Shown: positions 1 to 13,552 of the stretch, in pieces | Layout: the number at the start of each line of letters is the position of its first letter | Position numbering within the stretch: the stretch's first letter is position 1 | Assembly: GCA_050575255.1 (NCBI GenBank) | Contig: JBNZDD010013392.1 | Location: 262,845-326,844, forward strand | From: Harriotta raleighana | Taxonomy: Eukaryota | Direction of reading: 5' to 3' | Length of the DNA stretch: 64,000 nt | Notes under the pieces: generated by a model | Database searches by the model: none | What the model was told of the DNA's origin: nothing | Seen by the model: only the letters and a program-made list of their open reading frames with translations | Translations under genes and position numbers: made by a program

Positions 1-1519
1 ACTGAATCTTTTGTTACATCAGAATTTTCATTTTGCAATATATAGAAGGAAGTTATTCAGAATTATTGAGGAAATCATTGGATCTGAACAACGTAAGAAT
101 GAATGCACTATTCAATGGTCTTGGTCAGTTTCTGGGCAATTTGAACAAAGGGTGGCGGGAGCACCAGAATGGAGCCTGTATCTGAACTGCCCATTTAGAT
201 ATATGTGGTACAAGTGCTTTGAGATGTTCTCTCAATGTGAAAGGCACATATAAATGTGAAATAAGTATAGTATCTGTTAAAATAACTTGAGCAGGAATAA
301 GCAATGTCACTACTGATCTTTGTTACAAATTAGCAAGCAGTGTGAAGTTGCACTAATAATAATATTAATTGATAGTACTGTAGTAATTTAAATCTCTGAT
401 TGATAGTAATGTATTATTCACTTGGAATGGATCTAGGTAAAATCATGATTTGATATGCAATAATAATAATATTATCCTTTAATTTTATATAGCACTATTC
501 ACGTAAAATTGAAACCCTGGTTTTATTTTGCCCAAGCAAAATTAACTGAATTAACTGATTAACTGAATCAAGAGTTTAAATACATAAATCAGTATAATGT
601 CTGGTAACTGGAATTGCAATGTGACTAATTACTAACTCACTTCTGAGTTTTTGTTGGGTATTGCTTTGCGGTAATTGATTTTACATTTGCTTATAAATGC
701 ACAATTACTTAATGTTTTACAGTAACTCATATGATTCAGTTTGAGGCGTTTTGAGTGTGTATTATTATTACATCTGCTATATCTTGAAGATGGTGTTGAT
801 TTACAGGGATTGTGAGGAACAAGCACTTTGTGGCTTCATGTAGTTTTGAAATAATGAATCTGGCACAGGAATCAAAATATCTGTCTTGTAGGTTTAGATG
901 AATGAACTCATCCATAAACTGTGTTGGATTGGCTTTTGAAAAGGCTGTTTGTGAGCAGGCAGTCTGCAAATAAACACTCTTAAATGTGGGTCCCCATGTA
1001 GGTGAAGAATGGAAGTGGGGATTACACTAATGGTGGAGCTTTTAATGGTGTAGGCTTTGTTTCTTAAGTATTTTGTACTGCAATTATCTGAATAATTCAA
1101 ACACCAATTGCACTAAAAGGCTGTACTATCAGAACCCATGTCCTGTTTAATATGGAAGGTGTGAATAATTCATGAATCTTTACAGCTATGGACAGTGACA
1201 TATTGGCTCAGACCTTTAACATTTATCACTTTTATATTGTGATGATGAGGTCAAGTCGTGAGTTTGTGTGAATGTGTGTGTTAGCACTTGTTGTCATGTG
1301 TAAATTAATAATAATAAACCTTGCATTTGATACAACACTTTTCACATCTTCTAGAAGTCTCAAAACGCGCAATAACCCTTGCAACGTGAAAGTCGCAATA
1401 GATATACAATATAAATGCTGTATTTATGTAATGAATTATAAGCATTACTATTATATTATACATGAGGCAGAGTCTGTCTGTGATACAGCCTTAGTTATTT
1501 TCATCCATTTCTTCTCCAG

Positions 1520-4500
1520 AGACTTGAGTCACAACCAGTTATATTCTACAAAACAGATGAAATTTGACGGTCTTCACAAGCTTCAGGAAGTGTAAGTGTC
1601 TGTCAGTTACTAAATACCAAGATTAGACTGTGAATGTCCAAGAGAAATAACCTTGTAGTGACCAACTATGAGACTCCTGACACAAACTCTGATTTTTGTC
1701 TCCGTAACTAAGGATAATGAACCATAATGAACTGACTACAATCCCATCATTTGGAGCAGTGACGTCAAACCTGACACTGCTGTCCCTGTAAGTACTTCCT
1801 GCAATCAGAGCCGTGTCTCAGAGCACTGCAGAATGGTGGGGCCGAGCCAGGGGGAGGGGGAAGAGAAAGATCTGAAGATGGGAAAAGAGGGGGTGAGACG
1901 AATGGGTTGAGGGAGAGAGCTCCAAAGTTTCGGGGCATAATGGCTGAAAGTTCGGTCGCAGGTGGTGGAGCGGAGGATTCAGAGGACAAAGTAGAGCAGA
2001 GGGAGTGGGTACTGCTGGGAGGAGGGAGGAAGTAAGAGAGGTGGTGGGGGAGGTGGGGGGGTTATAGAAGAGTGGAGGGATTTAAACATAAGAGTGAGGA
2101 TCGTGAAGTCACACGTATTTTCCTCTCTCACCACTGTGGGACATTGTTTGCAGTGACTTCAGTGAGTTTGGCCTCTGGCACGGCTCCTAATTCTTGTCAT
2201 CAGGGTGGAAGGATTTGAAATTTGGAACCTTATTAGGACTTTTCTCTCTGACAGAACACACAATCGGATATTTGAGATTGTGGCAACAGCTCTCCAACCC
2301 TACAGCTCTTTGGAAACCTTAGATCTGAGCTCCAATTCCATTTCTGAAGTGACAACATCTTCATTTCCTATAATGCAGCTGAAATATTTGTAAGTAAATT
2401 GCTATCAATGTAATTTTGTTGTTGTTGTATTTAAAATCTCATTGCTGTATCCCCTCACAGGCTCCCTTTGGGGGATTGGTGGTAAGACTGCCATTGCTGA
2501 ATTTGTGACCCATTTAAATCAACCTTTTCAGATTTAAGTTATTTTGAGTGTCTTTGCAAATCTTCTATACAGTAAAACTCAAGTTGTACAATTGAGACCA
2601 TAATAAACATTTACCTTCAGTGGGAATGACTGACTTGATCTTTCGATTGTTTTTAGGTACCTCAATAATAATCGAGTGACTTCCATGGAGCTCGGCTGCT
2701 TCGATAACCTGTCCAGGACTTTGCTCGTCCTCAAGCTGAACCGCAACAGAATTACTGTTATTCAGCCAAAGACCTTCAGGTTACCTCAGCTTCAGTGCCT
2801 GTAAGTAGTTTAGCTTTTTATTTGGATACACTAATGATATACAGTACTAATGGTTATTATCTATATAGAACTAATTATATACTATATATAATAATGTGGC
2901 TTGGACCCACTTTGTAATACAGGCAAATGTGTTTTTACCAACTGAGCCAGATATAAATTACCCGCTGTTTTTGCCTATGTAACATTCCGTTCTATTTCTA
3001 ATAAATTTTATAAAGTTCCTCGAAATGGGGTGAAAGTTGTTGTATAAAAGAAAGTTATCAGTTACCACATTTTCAATGAGGAAATGTATTGTAAAACTAA
3101 TTCTGTCCTGCTCATTTGACTTTGTGCATTTCATTGTTAACAGGGAACTGAAGCGGAATAGAATCAGAGTCATTGAGAGCCTCACATTTCAGGGACTGGA
3201 CTCACTGAAATCTCTCAAATTACAGCGTAACGGAATCAGCGAGTTGAAGGATGGAGCGTTCTGGGGACTGAATGAAATTGAGGAGTTGTAAGTCAGAGTT
3301 TCTGCAGCTTCTTTCTGAGTTTCGCTCCTCCCTTTCTCCTGATAATGTGAACTAAGCGGGAGAATTTATCTTTAGCTAATTTAAGATAAATTGGTCAGGC
3401 ACTTCAGAAGTATCTGCGCAAATTGGTTGCCATGTTTGCGAGTATATTATATGGTCTCTGCACTTTGTAGTAAATGTATTGAAGCACTTTGAGGCACATT
3501 ATCAAATACAGTAAAACCCCGTTTATCCATGACCCGACCAACTGGATGGCTTGACCTCCTCCCGGGGCAATCCCCCATTTCAGCAATCACGCGTTTGCTC
3601 CCTTTGCGCATGCATGCAATACGTGCGTATGTGCATTTATTAAACTTATGAACTTGGGGTTTTTACCGAGTGTGCTGGAATGCTTTATTAGTAAGTATCC
3701 GTACAATACAGTATTCTGTTACTATTTAGTCTATTATTAACATGGTATGTTTTAAAATAAGTTAATTTTTAATGTTGGGTTTTCGGCAACTTGCCCCCAG
3801 ATTATCCGGTACAGTCAATTAGTCGACCTCCCCCACCACCTCCCCCCCCTCCCCCCCCCCCCACCTGAGAGTGCCGGATAAACAGGGTTTTATTGTACAA
3901 GGATGAGTATTATTAATTATTTGAGATGTTTTGACCTGATAATGTATTAAAATATACAAATTCTTATCCTGATAGATTATTGTCTTCGTTTTAAAGAAAT
4001 TAGAATCTTAAATGAACTGGTATGAAGTTTTATTGTCTGAAGTAAAGTTGGATTTAGTCTTGGATTTCCGGCATCTGCAGTATTTTGCATTTTGTTTATT
4101 TACTGAACCTTGTCATCAGGTTGGCTTGTGGCCTACCACACCTCTCACTGCTAATTCATTATGATTATATCTAAGCACAAAGGGAGAGTTCTGGTGAAGG
4201 TAGCTGTAAAATTAGTGAATCATTTATTTTGTCTCTTGTAGGGACTTAGAGTACAACAACCTGACCGAGGTAACCAAGGGCTGGCTTTATGGCCTCAAAC
4301 TACTGCAACATCTCCATCTCAGCCAAAATGCTGTGGCCAGGATCAGCTCAGGAGCCTGGGAATTCTGCCAGAAACTGTCTGAGTTGTGAGTTCCATTTCT
4401 TCCATAGTTTACCTGAAAATCTGTTGTTTGCTGCAGTGACTCTCTGCTTCAGGGAATCCAAACCAGTCCGAGAGCTCCACATCGGTCTACACCACACGGG

Positions 4501-7500
4501 TCACATTCCTATGTCTCCTCTGAGGGACAAACCCTGTTTACCTAATTCTGGAAAGGATTAGACGCAGTTTGGTAAGAGTTGAGGTTTGGGAAACGCAGAG
4601 TGTGTGTTGGGGTAACTGTGGACCTGCAAGAACTAAACCATTGAGGCAGCCACAGAGGAATTAATTAATTCCTACATTCCTTTCCAGCGGTGTCACCTTG
4701 CAGCCAGCAAAGCTTCTCTTTCTCTGGTGCTCACCACCTCACGGCTGTTGTAAATGTCTCATAGCTTTAAAGGGAATTGTTTTTTCGAGCAGGAATGTGT
4801 TTGTGCTGTGCTCATTTACAGTAACTCAAAGCAAAGGTGTAAACTGTCATTGAATCCTGGATTGAGTGTATAAAAAGATGTAGTTTATTTTTTCCAGATA
4901 GTATAGTTTGGAATATCCTCTAATATTAGTTGCACTGCAAAAAATAGTCTATAGAGTTTGTTATTGAATCGTTGCTGATGATTACAGCTTTACCTCTGGC
5001 GGCCTTTACTGAGTCAGGACGGTATAGCAAGCTTCCAGGTGAGCTTTCTCAGCCATCTAGGATGAAAATTGAAAGACGAGCTGCTGAAATGTCAAACAAC
5101 ATCCCTCTCTGCAACTCTCATGGCATGTATTGAGAAAAGTCCTGGCCAGTCTGATATTAAATACCTTATTTTAAATGTAATTTAAAACTGGTGCATAAAA
5201 ACTGTAATATTAACAAATCTAGATTGCCTAACTGTTAATCTGGGAGGTGTCTGCATATATGATGCATGACTTATATTTGATAATGTCCTTCAGATCTTAA
5301 TACAGTAAAAGTCTTTTAATCCGGCACCTGATAATCCGGAAAGTCTTTTTGTCCAGCATCTACAACGATCTGTTTTTTTTGCAATTTGCGCCTCTCTATG
5401 CACATCTCCTCCCATCTCCTCACACTACCCGGTGCATTTTCCTCGGGGACCCGTCACTGACAGCACGTTTAATAAATGCATACATGCGCTTTAATAAGTG
5501 CGAGTGTGCGCAATTAATTTTTAAAAAAAATTAACTTTCGGCGGGTGCGATGCCTCTGTAGGCAGACCGCCTGCTCCTCCAGGCTGGGGAGAGCTATGGG
5601 TTCCGCTATACAGGTATGTAGCAAAGATAAGAGCACAGCACACTCAAATCCTCCCATCCCTAAGAGTAATGTCCAATAATCCGTCATATTTGCTAATCCA
5701 GCACCGCCTAGGTCCCGACCGTGCCGGATTATCGGACTTTTACTGTATACAATTTTACTTTATTTCAGGGACTTGACTTATAACCAACTAACTCGTTTGG
5801 AAGAATCCACCTTTCTGGGTTTGAATTTACTAGAACATTTGTATCTGGGAGACAATCGAGTGAGTTACATTGCGGATAGAGTCTTCGCTGGCTTGCCAAA
5901 CCTGCTGACCCTGTAAGTACCTAGAACATGCTGAATTATACTGCAGATCTGGACAGAACAAACCACTGTGTTACGAAGTTACATGGAATTCGAATCATTG
6001 ATGTGCTAAAACAACCCAAGAAACTGCTGAGAACTGAGCAATGTACGGTAAAGGCCCCGATTAACTATATTAACTTTTTCTTTCTTGTTGCAGTGATCTC
6101 AGGAATAATGAAATCTCGTGGGCAATAGAAGATTCAAATGGAGCGTTCTCTGGAATGGACAAGCTCAACAGATTGTACGTAACTGAGTTCAGAATAATTT
6201 TCCATTCACCCTTTCTAACTAATGTTAATTATTAAATGCTAATTTATTACATTTTTTGTGTAGGATCCTGCAGGGAAGCAAAATAACGTCCATTACAAGG
6301 CAAGCGTTTACTGGGCTGGAAGCTCTGGAATACCTGTAAGTACAAAAGGAACCAGGCGAGTGTGTGTGGCTCAGTCACCACATGGGGAGGGAGAAAGTTT
6401 ACATTTTGGTTGATTTTCAAGAGTGAAATCAGTGGAATAAAGGCATTATCTAAGAAATCAAATCTAGCCCATTGATCTGATAGACCTCATGATGTAGTAT
6501 GTTTTCTGTAGTTGTGTTGGCTAATGGAGCGTCTGCTGCAGACTATAAACTGGGATCAATCTAGGTCTATAAAGGGAAGAGACTTGCTATATTGGCTCCA
6601 ATGCTAATCATATTGCAGAATAATGCTCATATAATATTAGATTGTTAGGATAGTATGTGTGTGTATATATATAGTGCAGTGTGCAGCTTGTTGGGAAGGT
6701 CCTGTTACAGTATGTAATATGAAACTGAATGTAAATTCATAATTTTATTTATTTCAGGGATTTGAGTAACAATTCCATCATGTCTGTTCAAGCAAACGCT
6801 TTCACCCAAATGAAGCTGAAGGAACTGTGAGTATTTAAATAATGATGAGTTGTAAAGGCAGAGTAAGGCCAAGTTATCACTCGTGACATCTGACTTGATC
6901 TCCAGCGAGGAGACATTTCTACAGTCATGAAAATCGTAAAATAACCTGAATTGGCTTGAGTTTGGAAATTTGACTCTTCACTACTATTCAACAGGTGAAA
7001 CCTGACTGTCTGTTCGTTCTTTCTCTGCTGGTTTCAGGAGGATGAACACAACCAATCTTCTCTGTGATTGCCAGCTCAGGTGGCTGCCCCAATGGCTGCT
7101 CAGCACACAATTTAAACACCAGGTTCATGCCAGTTGTGGACACCCAGCCTGGCTCACAGGAAGGAGCATCTTTACTGTGGCCGCAGACAACTTCATCTGT
7201 GGTTTGTATCATTGATTCAGCTGAGCTGCTGCTCCTGGCTAAACCCTCTCAGGCCAAGGTTAGACATGCCTCGTAGGGCTCCTGCATTCCTTCAGTGACT
7301 GTTTGTGATTGTTTCTCTGCAGATAATTTTCCGAAGCCACAGATCACGGTTCAGCCAGAGACCATGGTGGCCTTGAAGGGCAGGAATGTGAGCTTCACCT
7401 GCTCGGCCGGCAGCAGCAGTGACTCCCCGATGGTCACCGTGTGGAGGAAGAACAGTGAGGTGCTGTACGATGCTGAGATCCAGAACTACTCGAGTGTGAG

Positions 7501-10500
7501 ACAGAGGAATGGCCAGTTTGTTGAGCACACCACTGTGCTCCAGATCCATAGCGTAAACTTCACTGACGAAGGCCGGTACCAGTGTGTTGTCACTAATTAC
7601 TTTGGCTCCAATTACTCCAACAAAGCCAAACTGACTGTCAATGGTAGGTGGCTTTTTATTCACTGCTTTAGTCAGAATAGGTATTATTCATACATCTCAA
7701 TGTAAATGTAATGAGTGAGACCCCAAGTAAAGCCAACCACATCACACACACACCCTCTGATGGGCAGGTTACAAGAGTATTCTGATGAGCTTGAAAGATT
7801 TTAGCTCATTTTTTCTACTCACTCAATTTTTGCATAAATTTCGAACCAACAAATTAACATGAATGCCATATGACAGGATTTTCCACATGATGTAAAGTCA
7901 GAACAAAAGTCCTCAGCAGCAGATCTGTGCAAAACTGTTTAATTTTGAGATGTCTGAGGAAAGGTGGCCTCATGTTGCAATGATTCTGTACCTGCCTCAG
8001 GCCTGGCTGATGTGCTCTCTATCATACAGCGGTGAAAGTTAATTTGTTCAGATGATCTCGTTAAGAAGTTGATTCCCTTCTAGAATTTTTGTAATTTTTT
8101 AATTTTTTTTTTTAAACTTTGGCTCAGAACTTCCCTCCTTTCTGAAAAGCCCAATGGACCTGACTATCCGGACGGGGGCCATGGCGCGGCTGGAGTGTGC
8201 AGCAGAGGGACACCCAGTGCCACAAATCGCTTGGCAGAAGGACGGCGGCACAGACTTCCCCGCAGCTCGGGAGCGGCGCATGCATGTCATGCCAGAGGAT
8301 GATGTGTTCTTCATTGCGAAGGTGAAGATAGAGGACATGGGGATGTACAGCTGCACAGCTCAAAACGCTGCTGGAACCATCTCAGCCAATGCCACCCTCA
8401 CAATCCTAGGTTAGTGCTGTTGACAGCTTGTGGCACTCCACAGGACAATGGGGAGTCGTATTCCTGAAATCACACAAACTGGAAGCATATCTTTTAACCA
8501 CTGTTAATTGATTTAATTAACAATTCACCCTCAAAAATGTACCATCAATTCACTTCACAAATATATTCTGTGAAGCTCTTTGGGTGTTTCAATGTTGTGA
8601 TAAGACACTATATCAAATGCAAGTATTAGTATGATTATTATTATGGTAAAAATACTTTTTATTCTGTTTAACATTACAACAAAGCATTTCAGCTACATTC
8701 TCTCTCTCATCCACTCCCTCACTTGGTATCTGTGCATGTCTTTATGAAGCACACCTAGATATTATCCTATTTACAGAGTGTTATATAAGTGCAAGTTGTT
8801 GTTTTTACACGATAGAAGCCAAAACACATTGTGTTGCAGTTTAACACAGTGGATCCTTTCCCACTTCTCAGAAACCCCTTCATTCATGCGGCCTCTGGAG
8901 GACCGGACAGTTGCTAAAGGGGAGACGGCTGTGCTGCAGTGCATCGCGGGTGGGAGCCCTCCTCCTCGCTTGAACTGGACCAAGGATGACGGGCCTCTGG
9001 CCGTGAACGACAGACACTTCTTCGTGGCTGGAAACCAGCTGCTGATTATTGTTGATGCGGGTCCAGAGGACTCCGGCAAATACACTTGTGTGATGTCAAA
9101 TACACTCGGCACAGAGCGCGGACACATTTACCTGAATGTGGTGCTCGCTTCAAACTGTGACCCGTTGCAGAAAAGCATTGAGGAGGACGGCTGGACAACC
9201 ATTGGGATTGTGATCATTGTTGTGGTGGTTTGTGTGGTGGGGACATCGCTTGTCTGGGTGATTGTCATATATCACATGAGGAGGAAGAGCGAGGACTATA
9301 GGATGACCAGCACAGGTCAGCACCTCTCGCACACACACGCACGCACACGCACAAATTTAATAATACCTACCAAATGAGAATGGCTTGAGTTGTATTGAGT
9401 CAGAGTTTGGGTTTCAGCTCATACCAAGCCTACGTTCCGTAATCATTGAGATATGAAATAGTGTTTCTGCTTAGTACAAAGCCCCAGTTAAATTGATTGT
9501 TTAAAATGTCTCAGCCAAACAATGCATCACTAGCCTAGATTATCAAGTCCCAATGCGAATCTCAAACATGTAACTTTTGACTGAGAAGCCAGAGTAATAC
9601 CAGCTAAGTCTAAATGAATTATTCTAAATGAAATTATGTTTCCCAGATGAGATGAATCTCCCAGGGGATATCCCAAGCTACCTCTCCTCTCAAGGAACCT
9701 TGTCTGAGCCCCAGGAAGGCTATAGCAACTCTGAGGCTGGGAGCCATCAGCAGCTCATGGCTTCCACAACGCATAGCTACTTACATAAAGGAATGGATGG
9801 TGAGTATTCCTTGGTGGCTGGTGTACATTCTTCCTGTCTCACCCCCTCCCTACTCCTACCACCGCCCTGAACAACATTCTGTTCTGAAGTTGTATTATTT
9901 TTCACCTGTTAGGTATTTGCTACCTGGACACTGGGAGTGAGATGGAAACAGACGCCCCAACCCCCCCACTCTCAGCCAATCTGCACAGAATGTACAGTAC
10001 GAGTGGTGGCTTCCATCTCAGTAACATCCGAACAGATCTCACTCAGCAGGTCGCTCCAGGTAACTTCTACCTACCCCCCCCCACAAACCTTAACCCCCCC
10101 TATCTCTCAGTTCCTGACTATTGTCAGGAGCAATGCAAAACCTATCTAAGATTATTTGTCGCACGCCCCTGGCTCGCTGCCTTACATAGTGCTGGAGAGA
10201 TGGTGGACAAGACTGTGTTTTGTATTGGAATCCAAGACAACAAGATGGTGTGACGCTAGCCAGCTGACCATAGTGTGAGATGGGACTGAGTGACTGGGAA
10301 AGGCTGAATGTGACTCAATCTATTTCAGGCAGTATTTCTGGATCCCTGGTGATCTGCTCGGATTGTTATGATGGCGTCCACATGGTGTCCAGGAGCAGAG
10401 ACTGCTGCCCGTGCACTCACCTGCGTGAGGACAGGCCTCCAGAGCACGTTATTACCAACGTCACAGGACAACGTACACAAGAGAATTCTGCTGCCCATGA

Positions 10501-12002
10501 GCAGCACGAGGCAATGGACACAGACATTGACCTGTCGGGGTATCTAACTAATCATGACAGGATATGTAATCCAGGAGCTACTCCACAGCACAGCACTGGT
10601 GAGCAGATTACATGGCTGTTACATGTTTATTACATGTCCAACTGCTTTTACTGCTGGTACCATGCAATCAGCCAATGTGGACCAGTGTTTAACCAGAATC
10701 CTCTTTGGCTGAGCTGATTGTCCTGTTGTATCCACGATAGAGAGTTCTCTTGGCATTGAAATGCTTTTCCTCCTGAACTTGTGCTAACTTTGTTTTTCTC
10801 TCCACTAAGCAACAGTGGCCTCTGATACTTTTACACAAGTGGCTTTTATTCTTCTATTCTTGGCAGCAAATGTCAGGAGCGGATTTTGACCACTAAACAT
10901 TGTCCTCCTCTTCCACAATATCCTAGTAGATTTCAATAGCAGGCCGTTGTCTATGCCTTTGTCAGTCCCATTTCTGGGCTGGTCTACTCTAATGCCCACC
11001 TTGCCAGTCTCCCCTCCTCCGCCATTCACAAAATTCTGCTCATTCAAAATTCTGTCACCCGCATTCTCACCCGCACCAAACTTCTTACCTCGATTACCTC
11101 AATCCTTGCCAAACTGCACTGTCTCCCTGTCACAGAGTAGATTGATTTTAAAATGCTCACTCTTGTGTTTTAATCCCTCTATTCCTCTGCAGCCCCCTAT
11201 CTCTCTAACCTCTCTCTTCACAGCAGTACAGTTGTCTGCTTTACTGGGTCTGGCCTCCTCCTTGTCCCTTGAATCCTCCATTCTGCCATTGGCCATGCCT
11301 TCAGCCACCCTTTTTCTGAAAGTTTGAAACTGTCTCTCTCACCCCCTTTGCCTCTCACCCTCCTTCCCAATCTTCAGGGTGAGCCTGAAGACCTTTGTTT
11401 TCGACTGCGCTTACAGTCACTGTCCAACTCCTCTGGCTCGGCATTGGGCTCGGCCTCAGGCTCTGCCATTGTGAAGCGCTCTGAGACGTCACCAGGCATG
11501 GATGGCACTGTAAAAATGCAAGTTGTTGTTGTTGATTGATTATAGCTCACTAACCCAAAGCACTGAAGCTCGGCTGACCTTAGGCCTGTATGTCTGGCTC
11601 AGCTGCTTGGGATAAATTCACTCAGGAATGTTTTAAACACTTGGGACCACCTTCTGGGTTTTGATGTTGAGGATTTGTGTATTTATGATAATACAAATTT
11701 AAACTTATTTCAGCAATGAAAATGGTTCCCTATCAATGGAAGATTGTGACATGGCTGAGGCTGGTTATATTCTTTTTTGTTTTTCTGCTTTGTTAGAATC
11801 CTGCTCACGATGTCCCTGGGGTTTGAATACGGATTTTGGACTGCTTGATGGCTCCTGTTACTCCCAACAAGCAGTGACTGCTCAGGTGCCTGTGGATAGT
11901 GAGGATATGGCAGAGCCTGGTATTAGCCCAGCGACTCGCAGCCTGAGCCAAAGGAGCAGTCAGCGAACACTTGCTGTACAGTTGTACGGTGCCACCACGT
12001 AG
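1520..12002 (+). CDS. LRIG2: Leucine-rich repeats and immunoglobulin-like domains protein 2 (5'-partial, multi-exon)
   Basis: GT-AG exons in consistent phase: 1520-1591, 1713-1787, 2255-2389, 2657-2800, 3144-3287, 4242-4385, 5769-5912, 6094-6174, 6264-6335, 6758-6826, 7038-7201, 7323-7643, 8128-8409, 8872-9315, 9647-9799, 9913-10059, 10329-10598, 11797-12002 (TAG). They encode LRRs ([39 protein letters not shown]), LRRCT ([10 protein letters not shown]), three Ig domains ([21 protein letters not shown]), a TM helix ([23 protein letters not shown]) and an LRIG2-type tail ([27 protein letters not shown]; VICSDCYD). The signal-peptide/LRRNT exon lies upstream of the window. Confidence 0.96.
1800..2110 (-). 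mobile_element. L2-clade LINE 3' fragment
   Basis: Reverse complement matches the 3' end of the + strand L2 copies in this window (cccgaaactttggagctctctccc; tgcagtgctctgagacacgg). Boundaries approximate. Confidence 0.6.
3507..3897. mobile_element. Tc1/mariner (Tigger/pogo-like) MITE
   Basis: Terminal inverted repeats TA-CAGTAAAACCCCGTTTATCC ... GGATAAACAGGGTTTTATTG-TA with flanking TA dinucleotides; no ORF. Confidence 0.75.
5301..5747. mobile_element. Tc1/mariner (Tigger/pogo-like) MITE
   Basis: TIRs TA-CAGTAAAAGTCTTTTAATCCGGCAC ... GTGCCGGATTATCGGACTTTTACTG-TA with TA target duplication. Confidence 0.75.
10990..11534 (+). mobile_element. L2-clade LINE 3' fragment
   Basis: Decayed ORF2 C-terminus (attcaaaattctg, gattttaaaatgctc) followed by the 3' tail gtgaagcgctctgagacg...aaatgcaag(ttg)n. 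Confidence 0.75.
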
Positions 12003-13419
12003 ATGATTGTGGTGAAGAACTGATGGTAATCTACCCAACCCAAGCTTGACCGACCGACTACCTCACAACGCTGACATTGAGGCCAAACATGTCTGTTTAG
12101 GATTAGCTTCACTTAATATCCAGCAGCCTGTGCGTGTTTTCCAAATATCCGGAAAGAGAGATCAGAGTTTTCTCTCCCGTGCTGCTCTCTCACACACACA
12201 CACACTGTTTCCAGGGTATGGATAAATAATATGTTCCAACGCAAGTGTTTTTACAGTGATCCGGGTTGCGGTTCTACTTTGTCTTGTGTTGGACAGAATG
12301 TAATAATAGTTAAAAATGGTCAAATCTCTTCTTATTCCCAAATGGGAATATCACAAACTGTCAGCACAGAGCAGCACCAGTCACAGCTGACACCTGTACT
12401 TTATATTTGGGGACAATTTATTAACAGTATCTCAAATTCCAAATGTTAACACTGCTCAAAGATGAAAAACAAATCTGTACTGCAGGAATGAGCCCCAGCT
12501 CTAATCTCTCTGATTCTGTGGCAGAGACCAGGAGATGATCATAATCGCACATCTGCTTATTTTTGCAAAATGTCGATTACATTTAGTGGCCAGAGGCAGA
12601 GATCCTAGTGCTGCTGAAACTCCTCAAACTGTTCAGTTTCTGCATCAAATATCTCCCACGTTGCTTGTGTTTTATTGTCAGCAAAACCACCGGCTGCAAC
12701 TTTAGCTATAAACTGATTATTGCATTTATAACTTTTATATTCTCTAGTAAACTGAAGTGAAGGGCCTTGTAAATAATCTTCCTTTTATAATTATGCTCCT
12801 CCAGTGCTTATTGAATGACGTATAATAACATGTAATGCTATATTCTACATCAGCAGGAGGGGGGCTTTCTAGTGTGGCAATGAACAATAATGTAACCAAT
12901 CTTGTTAAAGTGCTCTCACTATCTGCCTTTTCTGTATATACATTTCCTAATATTGTGGCCTCATTTTTTATTGCCTCATAACCTTTCATTACTCTCTGCT
13001 TTTCCTCATGTCCACAACATGGCCGACTTCTGCCTTTCCCTGGGCAGCTGAAATCTTTATTCACTCCCTTTTCTCCTTAGACATGGTTGCTCCAATGCTG
13101 TCCCCTCAAACCTTGTTGACATCTCATCTACTCTTCAGCATTGCTAAAGTTCTATTCTCTATACCTGAGCCTTTCACCTTTCATTACTAGGGGATCTGGA
13201 GATGGGGATTTGCAAAATGGTCAGAGGTGTCAATATGATGTCAGTTTGGACTAAAGGTTTGTGCTCATATCTTCCACTTCGATTGCACAAACTTCTCCAT
13301 TTGTGAAGGAATTTCAGATGCCGCAGTTCATTACAAAGCAGATTTTTGATGGAAAGAGAATCAAATTGGAATCTTCTATAGTAGAAAAGATATTTGTAAA
13401 ACTTTATATGTGTGAAACA

Positions 13420-13552
13420 ACAAGGGTCGTGGACCCAAAACGTTGATTCACTTATCCTTTCTCCATAGTTGCTACCTGACTTGCTGAGTGTTCCCAGCCA
13501 TTTCTGTTTTCGTTCAGATTTCCAGCATCTGCAATGTTTTGCATTTTTGTTT
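13420..13552 (+). mobile_element. Copy of the Penelope-like / hammerhead-related short repeat family
   Basis: gggtcgtggacccaaaacgttgattcacttatcctttctccatagttgctacctgacttgctgagtgttcccagc...cagatttccagcatctgca; homologous to copies at 18740-18890, 37120-37212, 46480-46720, 47655-47750 and 50555-50652. Confidence 0.6.
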
